Below are positions 1 through 10,897 of a DNA stretch of 64,000 nucleotides, piece by piece. Numbering within the stretch: the first letter of the stretch is position 1; every line of letters starts with the position of its first letter. Made by a program: the position numbers and the translations under genes. The stretch is from an uncultured virus (IMG/VR IMGVR_UViG_3300011339_000925). Taxonomy: Duplodnaviria > Heunggongvirae > Uroviricota > Caudoviricetes. A model generated the notes under the pieces. The model ran no database searches. It saw only the letters and a program-made list of their open reading frames with translations, and was not told the DNA's origin. The stretch lies in IMG/VR virus record IMGVR_UViG_3300011339_000925. One strand, 5' to 3'.

Positions 1-574
1 TTTGAATAGGGTCATTAGGATTAACAGCAAGTTTCTTTTCAATTTTACCTATTGCTTTAGCTAATGGTAAATGTTTTTGAGCAAAACCTAAGTTATGAGA
101 GTAAATAAACTTTTCGTTACCATCAGTAGACATAGTTTCTTTACCTTCTACTTCTATACCTTTTAATTTTTTACCATTAACTACTGGTTCAGGTATACCA
201 CCTTGTGCATGTGATTTACCATTAAAAACTACATTATTTTTAGAAAGTTTTTGTACAGTTCCACCTTGTTTATATTCTACCATTCCTCCATATTGATGAT
301 TCCATTTAGAAGCGTTATGAGCAAAATTAGCACGTTTAACTATTGTAGGAGAATAATCTTCTTTATTAGCTAATACTTGAGAAGCCATTCCTTGTACACT
401 TTTACCATGTGATTTAGCGTAAGCTGTAAACTTACCTTTATTTTCAGGTTTAATGTGTATACCACCATACTTATACTTATCTAAATCTTTATTAAAAGAT
501 TCTTTAGTAGGATATTTTTTGTAGAAGTCTGATTCAGTTAAACCAGTAAGTTCTAATATTTCTTTTTTTGTCAT
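1..574 (-). CDS. Virion cargo/ejection-type protein, runs off left edge (not in ORF track)
   Basis: Manual translation from ATG at 574: MTKKEILELTG...YKYGGIHIKPENKGKFT...ANFAHNASKWNHQYGG...GKSHAQGG...EVEGKE; open to base 1; motifs resemble crAss-like cargo proteins. Confidence 0.8.
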   Translation of the reverse strand, partial: MTKKEILELTGLTESDFYKKYPTKESFNKDLDKYKYGGIHIKPENKGKFTAYAKSHGKSVQGMASQVLANKEDYSPTIVKRANFAHNASKWNHQYGGMVEYKQGGTVQKLSKNNVVFNGKSHAQGGIPEPVVNGKKLKGIEVEGKETMSTDGNEKFIYSHNLGFAQKHLPLAKAIGKIEKKLAVNPNDPIQ

Positions 575-584
575 TGCTGTATAT

Positions 585-3164
585 TTATAAACTGTCTAAC
601 CAATTAGATTTTTTACTTTTAAATACTCCACCTTTAGAGTAAGTTTCTTTAAGCATTGGTGGTTCTGTTAGTTTACCACCAAATTTAGCATATTTTTTAG
701 AATCTAAATTACCTTGAGTTTTAAATCCTGAAGCTAATAATTGTTGATATTTATTTTGCTCAATTGCTATATCATTTGCTTGTTTTTGTTTTATAAATTC
801 TTCTTTTCTTTGTTTAGCTTCTTCATTTTGTTTACCTGCCATTATACCACCAAAAACACCACCACCAACAGCACCTATAGCTGTTCCCCAAGGACCAAAC
901 ATTGAACCCATACTTGCACCTTGAGCAGCTCCACTTAATGCTCCACTACCAACTGCAGCAGTATCATTTCTAACACCAAATTCATCACCTGGTCCACTTA
1001 AAGTTTGATTAAGCATATCAGCTACTTGTAACCCACCTTGAGTAGCACTCATAGCACCTGCAAATCCACCACCTGCTAATTTTTTAAGTACTGAATCTCT
1101 TTTATTGTAGAGTTTGATTGTACCTCCCATTTCCATTTTAGCTTTAATCTTTTTTTCTTGCTCTAACATTTCTTTAGTAGGTTCCTTACCACTACCTCTG
1201 TTAGCTCTAATACTATCCCATAATCCTTTTTGTGAATAAGAACCATCAGTTCTTTTAATTAATCCTCCATTTGCTTTAGATTCATTTAATTGTTGTGCTC
1301 CAATTGCTGTTGGTATAATATATGGTGAAGCACTTAACATTTTATTTAATCCTTTAGAAATTAATTTATAGTTATTATCTGAAGCTTTCATTATATTAAA
1401 AAGTCTTAAATATTTTCCACTACTTTCTTCATCAAACATAGCATCTGAAAAAGTATTTTCAACCATTTCAGGAGTAATTTTTGTGTAAGAAGTTTTTGGA
1501 ATTGTTCCTTGATCCATCATATACTGTTGAACCTCTGCTAAAAATGCAGATTTTTCTTTTCCTTGACTTCCTGTTAAAAAGTAATCTGTAGCTCTTTGTT
1601 TATTTGAAAGTACTGATATATCTATAGATTTATCCTTAATAGAAGTATCCCAAACTTTATTAGGTGTACCTTCTTTTCTTAATTCTAATCCTGATAATAA
1701 ATTATCAATTTTTGTTTTATTACCTTTATTCTTTACTGCTTCTTGAACACCATGTTCTATTTCATGTCTTACAACTTTATTTAAAAACGAATTATAAAGC
1801 GAATTATTAGAATTTACTGCAATTTTATTTTTACTTGGTCTATAATACCCAAGTGTATTAGGATCTTCTACTATTTCAAGTTTTTGTAAAAGTTCATCAT
1901 TATTTATTCCTAAATTTTTTAATCGTTTTTTTCCTTCTGGAGTTTTTATTCTTGTTTTAAAATTTTCTAATGTTTCAAGACTTTCTTTATTTTTAGTAAT
2001 AGGAAGATTATTAAATCTAAATTCTTCTTTAAAAAAATCTTCTATTTCTTTTCTTGAATCTTTATTTACATATTCTGTTATATTATAAACATTTTTTAAA
2101 GGTGTTTTAGTAGTAGCTTTACCTACATTTTTTAAAAGTTTACTTGTAGCTTTAGCACCTTTTAAAGCTAAGTTACCTGCTAACATTGCACTACTAATTA
2201 AATCTAAAGGAGAATCTGATATTTCTGCTTCACCTGTACCTGTTTTACCAAAGTCTTTTTTAATACTAGATGCATCTCTTACACCCTGTAAATTAGTTCT
2301 TAACCCTTGAGCATTAAATCTTTGTGGATATTTAATATTTAGATTAACTGAAGTTGCATCAGATTTTGCAACATTAGGAGGTAATCCAAACTCAGCTTTA
2401 ATTAATCCTCCATGTTTATAAGGATTTTTAGGTGCAAGTTTTTTAAATCCTTCTTCAAATTTAAGATTAGTATGATTTAATATATCATTTTGATAATCAA
2501 TAGATTCTTTAGGTAATCCTTTTAACCAATCTAAAGAATTATAAATATCTACACCTTTTGCTTTTTGTGCAGTTAAATGTTTAAATAAATTACCTCTACC
2601 ATAATTATATGCTACTAATGTTTTAGCTAATCTTACTTTTTCACTTTGGTTAGGTTTATTTATAAAATCAGCATTATATAAATTATTCATGTAAAACTTT
2701 TGAATAGCTTTATTTACTTTAGGGTCAAATATATTATCAGTTGGTTTTACTATACCTGCTTTTACAGCATCTTTAAAAGCATCTTTTTTTATTTGAGCTA
2801 TTCCTTTAGCACCAGCTGGTGATACAGCTTTTGAATTAAAAGAAGATTCTTTAAATATTTGTCTATGTAAAATATCTAAAGGTACTTCTTGTGCTTTAGC
2901 AGGTACAACTTTTTTAGTAGCTACTGGTTTAGGTTTAGGTTTAGGTGCAGGTCTAGCTAAAGTTTTAACTGGAGGTTTAACTGCAATTTTAGATAAAGCT
3001 TGATTTATAGATTTTGGAGGTTGAAATTGTTCTTCAGTACCTTCTTGTTCTAAAGGTTCTTCTAACATACCACCTTCAGCATAATTATCTAACCATTTAG
3101 ACGATGTTATTTTACCACCATTACCAAATTTTTTTATTAACTTATTTATACTGATATATTTCAT
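585..3164 (-). CDS. Modular virion cargo protein: lytic transglycosylase (SLT) domain, HExxH domain, Gly-rich hydrophobic hairpin
   Basis: QIFKESSFNSKAVSPAGAKGIAQ...AYNYGRG (SLT motifs); VRHEIEH; C-terminal GAAQGASMGSMFGPWGTAIGAVGGG; follows the muzzle gene. Confidence 0.75.
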   Translation of the reverse strand: MKYISINKLIKKFGNGGKITSSKWLDNYAEGGMLEEPLEQEGTEEQFQPPKSINQALSKIAVKPPVKTLARPAPKPKPKPVATKKVVPAKAQEVPLDILHRQIFKESSFNSKAVSPAGAKGIAQIKKDAFKDAVKAGIVKPTDNIFDPKVNKAIQKFYMNNLYNADFINKPNQSEKVRLAKTLVAYNYGRGNLFKHLTAQKAKGVDIYNSLDWLKGLPKESIDYQNDILNHTNLKFEEGFKKLAPKNPYKHGGLIKAEFGLPPNVAKSDATSVNLNIKYPQRFNAQGLRTNLQGVRDASSIKKDFGKTGTGEAEISDSPLDLISSAMLAGNLALKGAKATSKLLKNVGKATTKTPLKNVYNITEYVNKDSRKEIEDFFKEEFRFNNLPITKNKESLETLENFKTRIKTPEGKKRLKNLGINNDELLQKLEIVEDPNTLGYYRPSKNKIAVNSNNSLYNSFLNKVVRHEIEHGVQEAVKNKGNKTKIDNLLSGLELRKEGTPNKVWDTSIKDKSIDISVLSNKQRATDYFLTGSQGKEKSAFLAEVQQYMMDQGTIPKTSYTKITPEMVENTFSDAMFDEESSGKYLRLFNIMKASDNNYKLISKGLNKMLSASPYIIPTAIGAQQLNESKANGGLIKRTDGSYSQKGLWDSIRANRGSGKEPTKEMLEQEKKIKAKMEMGGTIKLYNKRDSVLKKLAGGGFAGAMSATQGGLQVADMLNQTLSGPGDEFGVRNDTAAVGSGALSGAAQGASMGSMFGPWGTAIGAVGGGVFGGIMAGKQNEEAKQRKEEFIKQKQANDIAIEQNKYQQLLASGFKTQGNLDSKKYAKFGGKLTEPPMLKETYSKGGVFKSKKSNWLDSL

Positions 3165-6100
3165 TATCTGTAAGAATCTGTTTTATTAATATCTACTGAA
3201 TGAAGAACCATTTTATAATCACCTACATTATCATATTCTAATCTAATAATAAACCATCTATTATTTATTAATTCTTTTTCAAACCATGATAAATTAGAAT
3301 TTAAATTACTATTTATTTCTTCAAAGTTATGAAGAATATCTTTAATAAATGGTATGTTAGGGTCATTTACAATATTTCTAAAAGAATTACAATACCATTT
3401 AGTTTCAGCATTTCTTGAATTAGTATCTTTAAATAAATTAGTATCATAATCTAATATTATTTTACCAGAATGTTGATATTGATTTCTAATAGATAATGAA
3501 GTAATAGTTTTATAAAAATCAGTTACATCATTACTTTTAATAAAGTTAGTATTCCAATTAACTGAATCCAATATTAAAGGTGAATCTTTAAATGTTCTTT
3601 TACCATTAACAAATGATGGAATACTATAAGGATTAAATAGTACATCTACATAAGATGATTTTTTATCTGCATAATAAGTACCTTTATTAGTTGCACTATT
3701 ATGTTTATATAATTTACCATCTTTAAATGATATTACATTCTTTCTAGTTGAAAACATATAATCAGCAGGGTAATCATGGAATGATACCCAACCACCTTGA
3801 CCGTTATTCGCAAAAGAAGAATACGATAAAGTAAAGTATTTGTAGTTGTCTGTATTAGTTTGTTGTTTAACAGACATTAATATTCTTTTATATCTTGTAT
3901 CGTATGTTACTGTTATACCATCATGTGTAAATGGATTATCGTAATTTGTAGCTGAAAAATCTTTTAGATTAGTAGCAAAGAAATTAAATAGTCCTTGTGA
4001 ACTAAGCTCTTTAGGAACTTGGTCATTACCAAATAAAAATACTTTACCTTGTTGTACATCTACCCAAAAATAACCATCAGGTAGTAATCCACAAGAAAAC
4101 ATGTGTTGCGTACCTGTATAACCATTAGTTGTAGGTATAATTTCTATTGGTGCAAAATCAAATATTTCACCAGATGATAAACTAATTTGTGCTACATCTG
4201 CTGCTAACCTAGCTTTATCTCTAGTATAAAATAAAGCTCTTTCTGTATGAATTAACAACCTATCTACTGTACCTTGTAAATTATTAATTACACCTTTAGA
4301 TTTTTGTATTTCATAATAATCTAAAGGTAAAAATCTAGTCCATTGTTGGTATTTAGATTCTGATGTTACAGGTAATGATTGTATTATTCTATGTGGAAAA
4401 GAATTAGTAAATTCATTAGAATTTTCAAAAATTACAGCAATAAAATCATTACTAATTTTATTATAGTCTTTATTAATAGTTAAATAATTTCCAGAAGTTA
4501 CTATATCATTATTACCTATATAAGCTGGAAAAGGTTCACCTGAATAAAATTTATCTCCATTATTAGTAGAATTTCTTAAACCTATATTTAAACTACTTTC
4601 TAATAAAAAATTATGTATAGATTTAATAAATATTTGCTGTGTATTTGGAATATTACTTGATGCATTATTTCCTGGTAATCCTGTAAAAGAATTATAACTA
4701 TACATGTCAAAAAATGCATCACCATTTTTTATAACAGTATTATTAATATTATTAACAGATATAGTATGTGCTGTAATTAAATCTTGTGTTGAAAAAGAAT
4801 TGTAAACATCTGTTAAATATTTGTTTATGTTATAATGATAAAAATTATCATAATCTGGATTTTTTGATTTATAAAATCCTAATTTTACAATAGGAAAATT
4901 AATTTCAAGATCATAAGTATAACTTTCTAAATAACAAAGATTTGTAGTATCATCATTACCACCTAATTCCCATACTTTGTTTATATCTGCAACAGCACCA
5001 TTTTCAGAAAATTTTAAATTATTTTCTCCTGCAACAATATTATTAGGAACATAATTAAAGTTTCTTAATTTAACAACTTTTAAAGATTCAGGTGTATTTT
5101 TAGAAGCTCCATTTATACTATTAGTTATTGCTTGTACATCAAGAGGTCTATCATTAGGATCACTTTTAAGAAATAAATTATTATTAATTACAGATCTTCC
5201 TTTAAAATTAACTTTAATGTAGCATCCATTTAAAGATGGATTAATATTTATTACTTCAGGAGAATGAAATTTTATTCTATAAAAATCTGGAGGAGTAGCT
5301 CCATGTTGTGCGTAATCAGGAGTAGGAAACCAATAAGGAGTTACAATTCTGTCATAGTTGTCATTTTGATAACTAAAACTTTTATCATCAAATTTAACAG
5401 ACATTGGTAAAGTAAACCAATTACCATAACCTGTATAAATATATGTATTTCTACCAACTACCTCACCTTCAGATATTTGGTCTACTTTATCCATTATAAA
5501 ACCCATAAAAGAAGTTTTATCTTGACCTACTACTAAAGAATTATCAAAATCTCTTTTAGCATACGATATAATAATTTTATCTACATTAGCTAATATTTCA
5601 GCAGGTAATGAAAAATTTTTTATTTTAACACCTAGTAAATCCCATTTAGACATTCCATAAGCTGTATCTACATGTACATTTTCTCTAATAAAAGCATTAG
5701 AAGGAAATTTATGATGTCTAACAGGAGTACCTTTTAAATTACCCCATTCATCAAAATCTGGATAAGTTTCATTTTCATTTTCCCAATAACCAAAATCACC
5801 TTCTTGTGCTACAGAATCCCATGTACAAGTATCTCTTACTTGAAAGTATTTAACTTTATTTGGGTTTAATGAATCATCATTAGTTAAATAAGTACTATCT
5901 ACTCTAACTACATTAGGTAATGATTCTGTATCAGTAGTTGTTAATCTAGCTTTTTCACTAAATGTTTTACTAATTGCAGTTATAGTTTTAGTAGCTGCTC
6001 TACCTGGAATATGAAATGCTTGTGATGTTTTACCATTTTTATAAAGTAATGTTGCATAAAAAGCATATACTTCATCATGAGCAAAAGTTCTATTATTAGA

Positions 6101-7177
6101 ATATTTAGCTAATTTATCTTTATCATTATATGTTATTAATTCTGTAGTCCATTTTAAAGACCATTGATTAACATATTGTTGTATTGATACATCATTATTA
6201 CCTTGTAAATTCCCTAAATACAATTGAGAATTTAATAAAGTAACAGTTTTAGCTTTTGAATATAAAGGAGCTTTAACTAATACATCACTTGGTGTAAGTG
6301 TTGTTTCTTGTTCTTGACCTGTATAAGATATTGTAATAGATGATCTACCAGCTATTGATTGAGATAAAATTTTAACAAAACTTGTAGTAGTGTCACCTGT
6401 ATTAAATTTTTGAACTGCAATATTAATTGTATCGTATGCAGTATCTATTGTGTTTATTGTTAATTTAATTTTTTTAGATGTAGCAACTTGAGTAGCATTA
6501 CCATGAAAATTAAATGTATCATTTGTTTGAGAATCCGTAACAATATAACAAGGATTACTTGGTAATGAATAATCTGTTTGAATACCATTATTTGTTTCAT
6601 ATTGAACAAATAAATAATAAGTACCTGTTTTTAATGTACCTCCTGATTCTACAACAGCAGTTAATTCAGGTTGTACAAATTCAGGAAATAAATTAGTTTG
6701 TTTTAAATCAGTAACTTGATTAGCATTAGTTATATTAAGTATTTTAGGTGATTGATTATTATCAGTCCATGCTACATATATTTCACCTAAATAATTTTCT
6801 CTCCATACAGCTTTAATAGGGTAATTTAAATTTAAATTTAAAGCTGGTTGTGAATTAGACCTATCATCATATTTTATTTCAAATTCATCTTTATTTTCAT
6901 CATACGCACCTATAATAGAATTAGTATTGTTAGTTAACCATATTACTTCATATTGTGTAGTAGATAAAGCACCAATAGGTTTAAATCCACTATCTAACAA
7001 TTCTTTCCAACCTTTATTTGCTATTGTTTTTGAATTAATAGAACTTTCATCAAATCCAGGTTCATTTTCAACAGCACCTAAAGTAGAAGTCAATAGTATA
7101 TTTTTAGCAAAAGGTATAAATCCTTCTGGTAAATCATTTGCTGAGTAATCTTGGTTAAGTCCTAAAAAACTATTCAT
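3164..7177 (-). CDS. Tail stabilisation / muzzle protein
   Basis: 1337 aa, beta-rich; DEVYAFY, GYWENENETYP, PVRHHKFP, GWVSFHDY motifs; crAss-like synteny. Confidence 0.75.
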   Translation of the reverse strand: MNSFLGLNQDYSANDLPEGFIPFAKNILLTSTLGAVENEPGFDESSINSKTIANKGWKELLDSGFKPIGALSTTQYEVIWLTNNTNSIIGAYDENKDEFEIKYDDRSNSQPALNLNLNYPIKAVWRENYLGEIYVAWTDNNQSPKILNITNANQVTDLKQTNLFPEFVQPELTAVVESGGTLKTGTYYLFVQYETNNGIQTDYSLPSNPCYIVTDSQTNDTFNFHGNATQVATSKKIKLTINTIDTAYDTINIAVQKFNTGDTTTSFVKILSQSIAGRSSITISYTGQEQETTLTPSDVLVKAPLYSKAKTVTLLNSQLYLGNLQGNNDVSIQQYVNQWSLKWTTELITYNDKDKLAKYSNNRTFAHDEVYAFYATLLYKNGKTSQAFHIPGRAATKTITAISKTFSEKARLTTTDTESLPNVVRVDSTYLTNDDSLNPNKVKYFQVRDTCTWDSVAQEGDFGYWENENETYPDFDEWGNLKGTPVRHHKFPSNAFIRENVHVDTAYGMSKWDLLGVKIKNFSLPAEILANVDKIIISYAKRDFDNSLVVGQDKTSFMGFIMDKVDQISEGEVVGRNTYIYTGYGNWFTLPMSVKFDDKSFSYQNDNYDRIVTPYWFPTPDYAQHGATPPDFYRIKFHSPEVININPSLNGCYIKVNFKGRSVINNNLFLKSDPNDRPLDVQAITNSINGASKNTPESLKVVKLRNFNYVPNNIVAGENNLKFSENGAVADINKVWELGGNDDTTNLCYLESYTYDLEINFPIVKLGFYKSKNPDYDNFYHYNINKYLTDVYNSFSTQDLITAHTISVNNINNTVIKNGDAFFDMYSYNSFTGLPGNNASSNIPNTQQIFIKSIHNFLLESSLNIGLRNSTNNGDKFYSGEPFPAYIGNNDIVTSGNYLTINKDYNKISNDFIAVIFENSNEFTNSFPHRIIQSLPVTSESKYQQWTRFLPLDYYEIQKSKGVINNLQGTVDRLLIHTERALFYTRDKARLAADVAQISLSSGEIFDFAPIEIIPTTNGYTGTQHMFSCGLLPDGYFWVDVQQGKVFLFGNDQVPKELSSQGLFNFFATNLKDFSATNYDNPFTHDGITVTYDTRYKRILMSVKQQTNTDNYKYFTLSYSSFANNGQGGWVSFHDYPADYMFSTRKNVISFKDGKLYKHNSATNKGTYYADKKSSYVDVLFNPYSIPSFVNGKRTFKDSPLILDSVNWNTNFIKSNDVTDFYKTITSLSIRNQYQHSGKIILDYDTNLFKDTNSRNAETKWYCNSFRNIVNDPNIPFIKDILHNFEEINSNLNSNLSWFEKELINNRWFIIRLEYDNVGDYKMVLHSVDINKTDSYR

Positions 7178-7983
7178 TATCTACGATTTAATAAGAATGT
7201 GTTATGATAATCTAATCCAGTAGGTATTAATCTTACCCAAGTTCTTGAGAAATCAAATGCTCTATCAGGAGTCCAATTTCTAAGTGAATTAATTGCTCTA
7301 TCTCTGTATTCTTCCCATTTAGATTCACAAAATTTATAGCTAAATTCTTTATTAGGATGTTCAAAACCAGCACCTATCATCATGTGAAGTACATACCAAT
7401 ACAAAGCTGTTTTTAAAGATTCATTATCAGGTATCATAATAACCCCATTTTCATCTTTTTCATACGCTAAGTAATACAAAGTAATTACACCTTCTTTAAA
7501 AGAAACTTGTATTTTATTTGCTACTCTTTTATAAAAATCAGCTTCCCAAAATGGTAATACAGTTAAATCAGCATTATATTTAAACAATGAAGTTTTAGTT
7601 GTAGTTTCTGTTATTTTATCTGTTGTTTCAACAGTAATTTTATTTTCAGTTATTTCAAATAAAGAACCTGAAATAACATTATCTCCTACTGAAAAATCAG
7701 TTAAAATATCAGGTACATGCAAAATAGTATTTGTTTCTCGCATACGATGTTGTTGATACATAACTGCATCAAGAACAACTAAATCACAAGGTAATGCACC
7801 TTCATGATTTTTAATTGTTACATCTAAGGTAGTTGGTTGTAAACTAGTTCTTACTCTAGTTTTTTCCATACCTTCCCACAACCATTCGTAAATATCATTT
7901 TCCCATGAAGAATCTGTTAGTTTTATATTTCTATAAATCCTACCTAAAACTTCATTTATTGATACTGTTTTATAAACTGCCAT
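7177..7983 (-). CDS. Tail tubular/ring protein
   Basis: LPCDL and YLAYEKDENGVIMIPD motifs; directly precedes the muzzle gene. Confidence 0.65.
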   Translation of the reverse strand: MAVYKTVSINEVLGRIYRNIKLTDSSWENDIYEWLWEGMEKTRVRTSLQPTTLDVTIKNHEGALPCDLVVLDAVMYQQHRMRETNTILHVPDILTDFSVGDNVISGSLFEITENKITVETTDKITETTTKTSLFKYNADLTVLPFWEADFYKRVANKIQVSFKEGVITLYYLAYEKDENGVIMIPDNESLKTALYWYVLHMMIGAGFEHPNKEFSYKFCESKWEEYRDRAINSLRNWTPDRAFDFSRTWVRLIPTGLDYHNTFLLNRR

Positions 7984-8755
7984 TTTTTTCTTTTAATAAT
8001 TGTTTATATCTCTCTACCCTTAACTTTGATTTTAAACTCATTTCGTGCATATCTTTTTTACTTATATAACGAAATCTACTTCTAAGAACAGGATTTTTTG
8101 CTAACTGACCATAAATTCTATTTTTAAAACTACTATCTTTATCACCATAAGTAGGTCTTACATAATACACTTGTTTATTTCTAAACTTACATACTTTATT
8201 AAGAATAAGTAAAATATAATCATCATACTCATCTTCATAATTTTTATATTTTAAATATGATGATTTTGATTTTTCTACCCTTATAATTTCTAAATACCCT
8301 AGTCCTGTTATTTTATATTTTTCAGCATTTATTAATTTATCTTGAATTCTAAAATTCAATTCTTTCATAATTTCTTTCCAACCTTTAAAATCAATAATTT
8401 TATGGTAAAGTTTTTTACCTTTACTATAATCTACAATTTTACTGTTGTACTCATCTAGTTTAGCAATTAAATTTTTTCTAGTTCTTGTTGCTTCACCATT
8501 AGTATTAGACCATGAAGTGTTATGAATTAATTTATCAAAAAGAGCTTTTTTCTGTTCTTTTAAATGTTTTAAATCTTCTTTTTGAATTGAAAATACAGTT
8601 CTTGTTTTATCCCAATATCCTACTTTAATTGCAAAATAGTTTTCATTGTCTTGCAATAATTCAGTTACAAAATCTTCGTATATATCAGATGCTACATACG
8701 TTTTTTGTAAGTTTTTATGATTGTATTTTCTTTTTTCTTTAACTTCCTTGTCCAT
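7970..8755 (-). CDS. HU/IHF-like basic protein with N-terminal extension
   Basis: EIMKELNFRIQDKLINAEKYKITGLGYLEI resembles the HU/IHF core; crAss-like position. Confidence 0.5.
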   Translation of the reverse strand: MDKEVKEKRKYNHKNLQKTYVASDIYEDFVTELLQDNENYFAIKVGYWDKTRTVFSIQKEDLKHLKEQKKALFDKLIHNTSWSNTNGEATRTRKNLIAKLDEYNSKIVDYSKGKKLYHKIIDFKGWKEIMKELNFRIQDKLINAEKYKITGLGYLEIIRVEKSKSSYLKYKNYEDEYDDYILLILNKVCKFRNKQVYYVRPTYGDKDSSFKNRIYGQLAKNPVLRSRFRYISKKDMHEMSLKSKLRVERYKQLLKEKNGSL

Positions 8756-9392
8756 TTACTTTTACTTCTGTATCTTCTGTTTTAGTTTGATTTCTTAATT
8801 CTGTACCAAGTATAGATTGAATTACTCTTTGAATTAAATCTTCAGTCAAAGGATATTGATCATCATCTTGATAACAAGGTTTATCATCATTACATTTTTG
8901 AAATTTACTTACTTCTTCTAAATCACTAGGTATACCAGATATTCCTATATATTTTATGTTATCGTCTATATTATAGAAATACCCATATCCATTAAGTATA
9001 GTATAATAACCATCATTTTTTCTTCTATTACGATTATATTTAATTGTACTTAATTGACTTGGATAAATATAAGTGTAAGGAGTTTCTAAATCAGCTGAAC
9101 CAACAAATGAATAAGGAAATTGATTTAACCTTATACCTTGAGGTATTTTATCAACAGTTCTTAATACACAACCATAATTAAAAGGACATTTTATTTTATA
9201 ATCTTTTTGAATAGGCATTGTCCAAGATAATTGAAAATGAGAAGTTTCTCTTGGATTTTCTTTTAATGATTGTCTTAATATGGTGTTTCTCCATGTATTA
9301 ACAATTGTTTTTAGCTCTCTTTTAAAAACTAAATCATATTGTCTACCTACTCGCTCTGCAAGAATTGTTACTATTTGATTTAATGATGTCAT
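8739..9392 (-). CDS. Tail ring/neck protein
   Basis: 217 aa; C-terminal CYQDDDQYPL; synteny in the crAss-like structural block. Confidence 0.55.
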   Translation of the reverse strand: MTSLNQIVTILAERVGRQYDLVFKRELKTIVNTWRNTILRQSLKENPRETSHFQLSWTMPIQKDYKIKCPFNYGCVLRTVDKIPQGIRLNQFPYSFVGSADLETPYTYIYPSQLSTIKYNRNRRKNDGYYTILNGYGYFYNIDDNIKYIGISGIPSDLEEVSKFQKCNDDKPCYQDDDQYPLTEDLIQRVIQSILGTELRNQTKTEDTEVKVNGQGS

Positions 9393-9396
9393 ATAG

Positions 9397-9404
9397 CAAA
9401 TATA
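9397..9404 (-). promoter_or_regulatory. Bacteroidota-type -7 box upstream of ring gene
   Basis: TATATTTG on the minus strand just upstream of ATG 9392; similar boxes near 16005, 18494 and 22138. Confidence 0.45.
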
Positions 9405-9424
9405 ATTTATTTTAATGATATAAT

Positions 9425-9453
9425 AAAAAAGGGATAACTATAAAGCTATCCCT
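9425..9453 (-). terminator. Intrinsic terminator
   Basis: GGGATA/TATCCC stem with T-run on the minus strand. Confidence 0.65.
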
Positions 9454-9477
9454 AATTTATATTAAACTGTAAAACAA

Positions 9478-10896
9478 TTAGTTAATATTAGCAGCACCTA
9501 ATAAAGTAGTTATAGCACTAACTGGACTAACAGAAGCAGCACTTAAACCTAATTGTGGGTTAGAGATTGCAGAAAAACCACCACTTTGAACTACACCACC
9601 AATTTGAAACCCATTACTAGCATAAGGAGCTTTTACAATCAAAGTAGTAGCTTTAGAATACTCATTTACAGGAGCAGCTGTACTTCTTTCAGAAAGAATG
9701 TTTGTTACTTTAACTGTAGCATAAGCTCTATTAAGTTTAGTATACAAAGTAGGTTGACCATAGTCAGCAGCAAATGCAGCGTTAGCTGTGCTTGAACCTG
9801 AATGGAATACAGTACCTTCTAGCTCTTCTTCAATTGTTTCTTCAGGAGTACCTATACCAAGTGACCATGAAGTAGCATAAGTTAAAGTAGCGTTAGAGAA
9901 ACCACCTACACCTAGAGCTACACGGAAAGTAGTAAAATAATCAGAAGTAGTAATTTTTACACCGTATTGAGTAATAGCTGTAACAGTTTTCATACCTTGA
10001 GTTGCATTATCCAATCTTACAGCTGAGAAAGTTTCTCCTGTATAAGGTCTATCTAAAGTAATAGTTAGAATGTTAGAAGCAATAGAAGGAGTAGTAGCTA
10101 CTGAATAAAGCAATCCACCAATTTCAATAAAGTCACCAGCTGCAATTGTAGTAGCAGTTAAAGTAGTAGAAGTAATAGTTACTGTTTTGCTACCTTTAGT
10201 TGCTGAACCAAGTTGAACAGAAGCTGCACCTGTACCAGTAATTTGAGTACCAATTGCAATAGTAACTTTAGTACCATTAGATACTACATCAGCTACATAA
10301 ACAGCAGGATTGTTAGTAAATGGTGAAAAGAAAGTCTTACCTGTATAAGTGTTGTTAATTATTGGAACAATACCTGTTTTAGGATCAGCTAAAATTGAAT
10401 ATACAGTTTCGCTAGATGAAGCAGTTGTTCTACTTGCAAGAAGTGAATTCAAAGGGTTAGCTGCAGGTGGAGTAGTGTCTATCAAGTTAATTTGATAATC
10501 TTGGTCAGCTGCAATAGTAGGGTTATTCAAAGAACCAGTAGTTCCATTATATCCTACATAAACTACAGGTTTAACAGGAGCTGAATAGGGAGAACCTAAT
10601 ATAGTACCTGACAAATTACCTGAAATAGGATAAGAAAAAACTTGTGATTTTTTGATAGAAGCATCTCCTTTAGTTCCTGTAACTTTTTGAGCTACATAAA
10701 ACTTATCTCCTCCAGATAGAGCAGAAGTTTTTAGAGTACCATCTTCACCAAATACACCTATTTCTCCATCAGCTAGAGAATCTAAACTTGCAACAAAAGC
10801 TGCGTAAGTGGACTTTGTAGTATAAGCAGCTTCTGAAGCTACAAATACTTCCATGTTTTGTCCTTTCGTGGTTTTACCAAATCGTGTTTTTACCAT
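9478..10896 (-). CDS. Abundant virion protein (auxiliary capsid-like)
   Basis: T/S/A/G-rich, codon bias similar to the MCP, followed by a terminator. Confidence 0.55.
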   Translation of the reverse strand: MVKTRFGKTTKGQNMEVFVASEAAYTTKSTYAAFVASLDSLADGEIGVFGEDGTLKTSALSGGDKFYVAQKVTGTKGDASIKKSQVFSYPISGNLSGTILGSPYSAPVKPVVYVGYNGTTGSLNNPTIAADQDYQINLIDTTPPAANPLNSLLASRTTASSSETVYSILADPKTGIVPIINNTYTGKTFFSPFTNNPAVYVADVVSNGTKVTIAIGTQITGTGAASVQLGSATKGSKTVTITSTTLTATTIAAGDFIEIGGLLYSVATTPSIASNILTITLDRPYTGETFSAVRLDNATQGMKTVTAITQYGVKITTSDYFTTFRVALGVGGFSNATLTYATSWSLGIGTPEETIEEELEGTVFHSGSSTANAAFAADYGQPTLYTKLNRAYATVKVTNILSERSTAAPVNEYSKATTLIVKAPYASNGFQIGGVVQSGGFSAISNPQLGLSAASVSPVSAITTLLGAANIN

Positions 10897-10897
10897 T

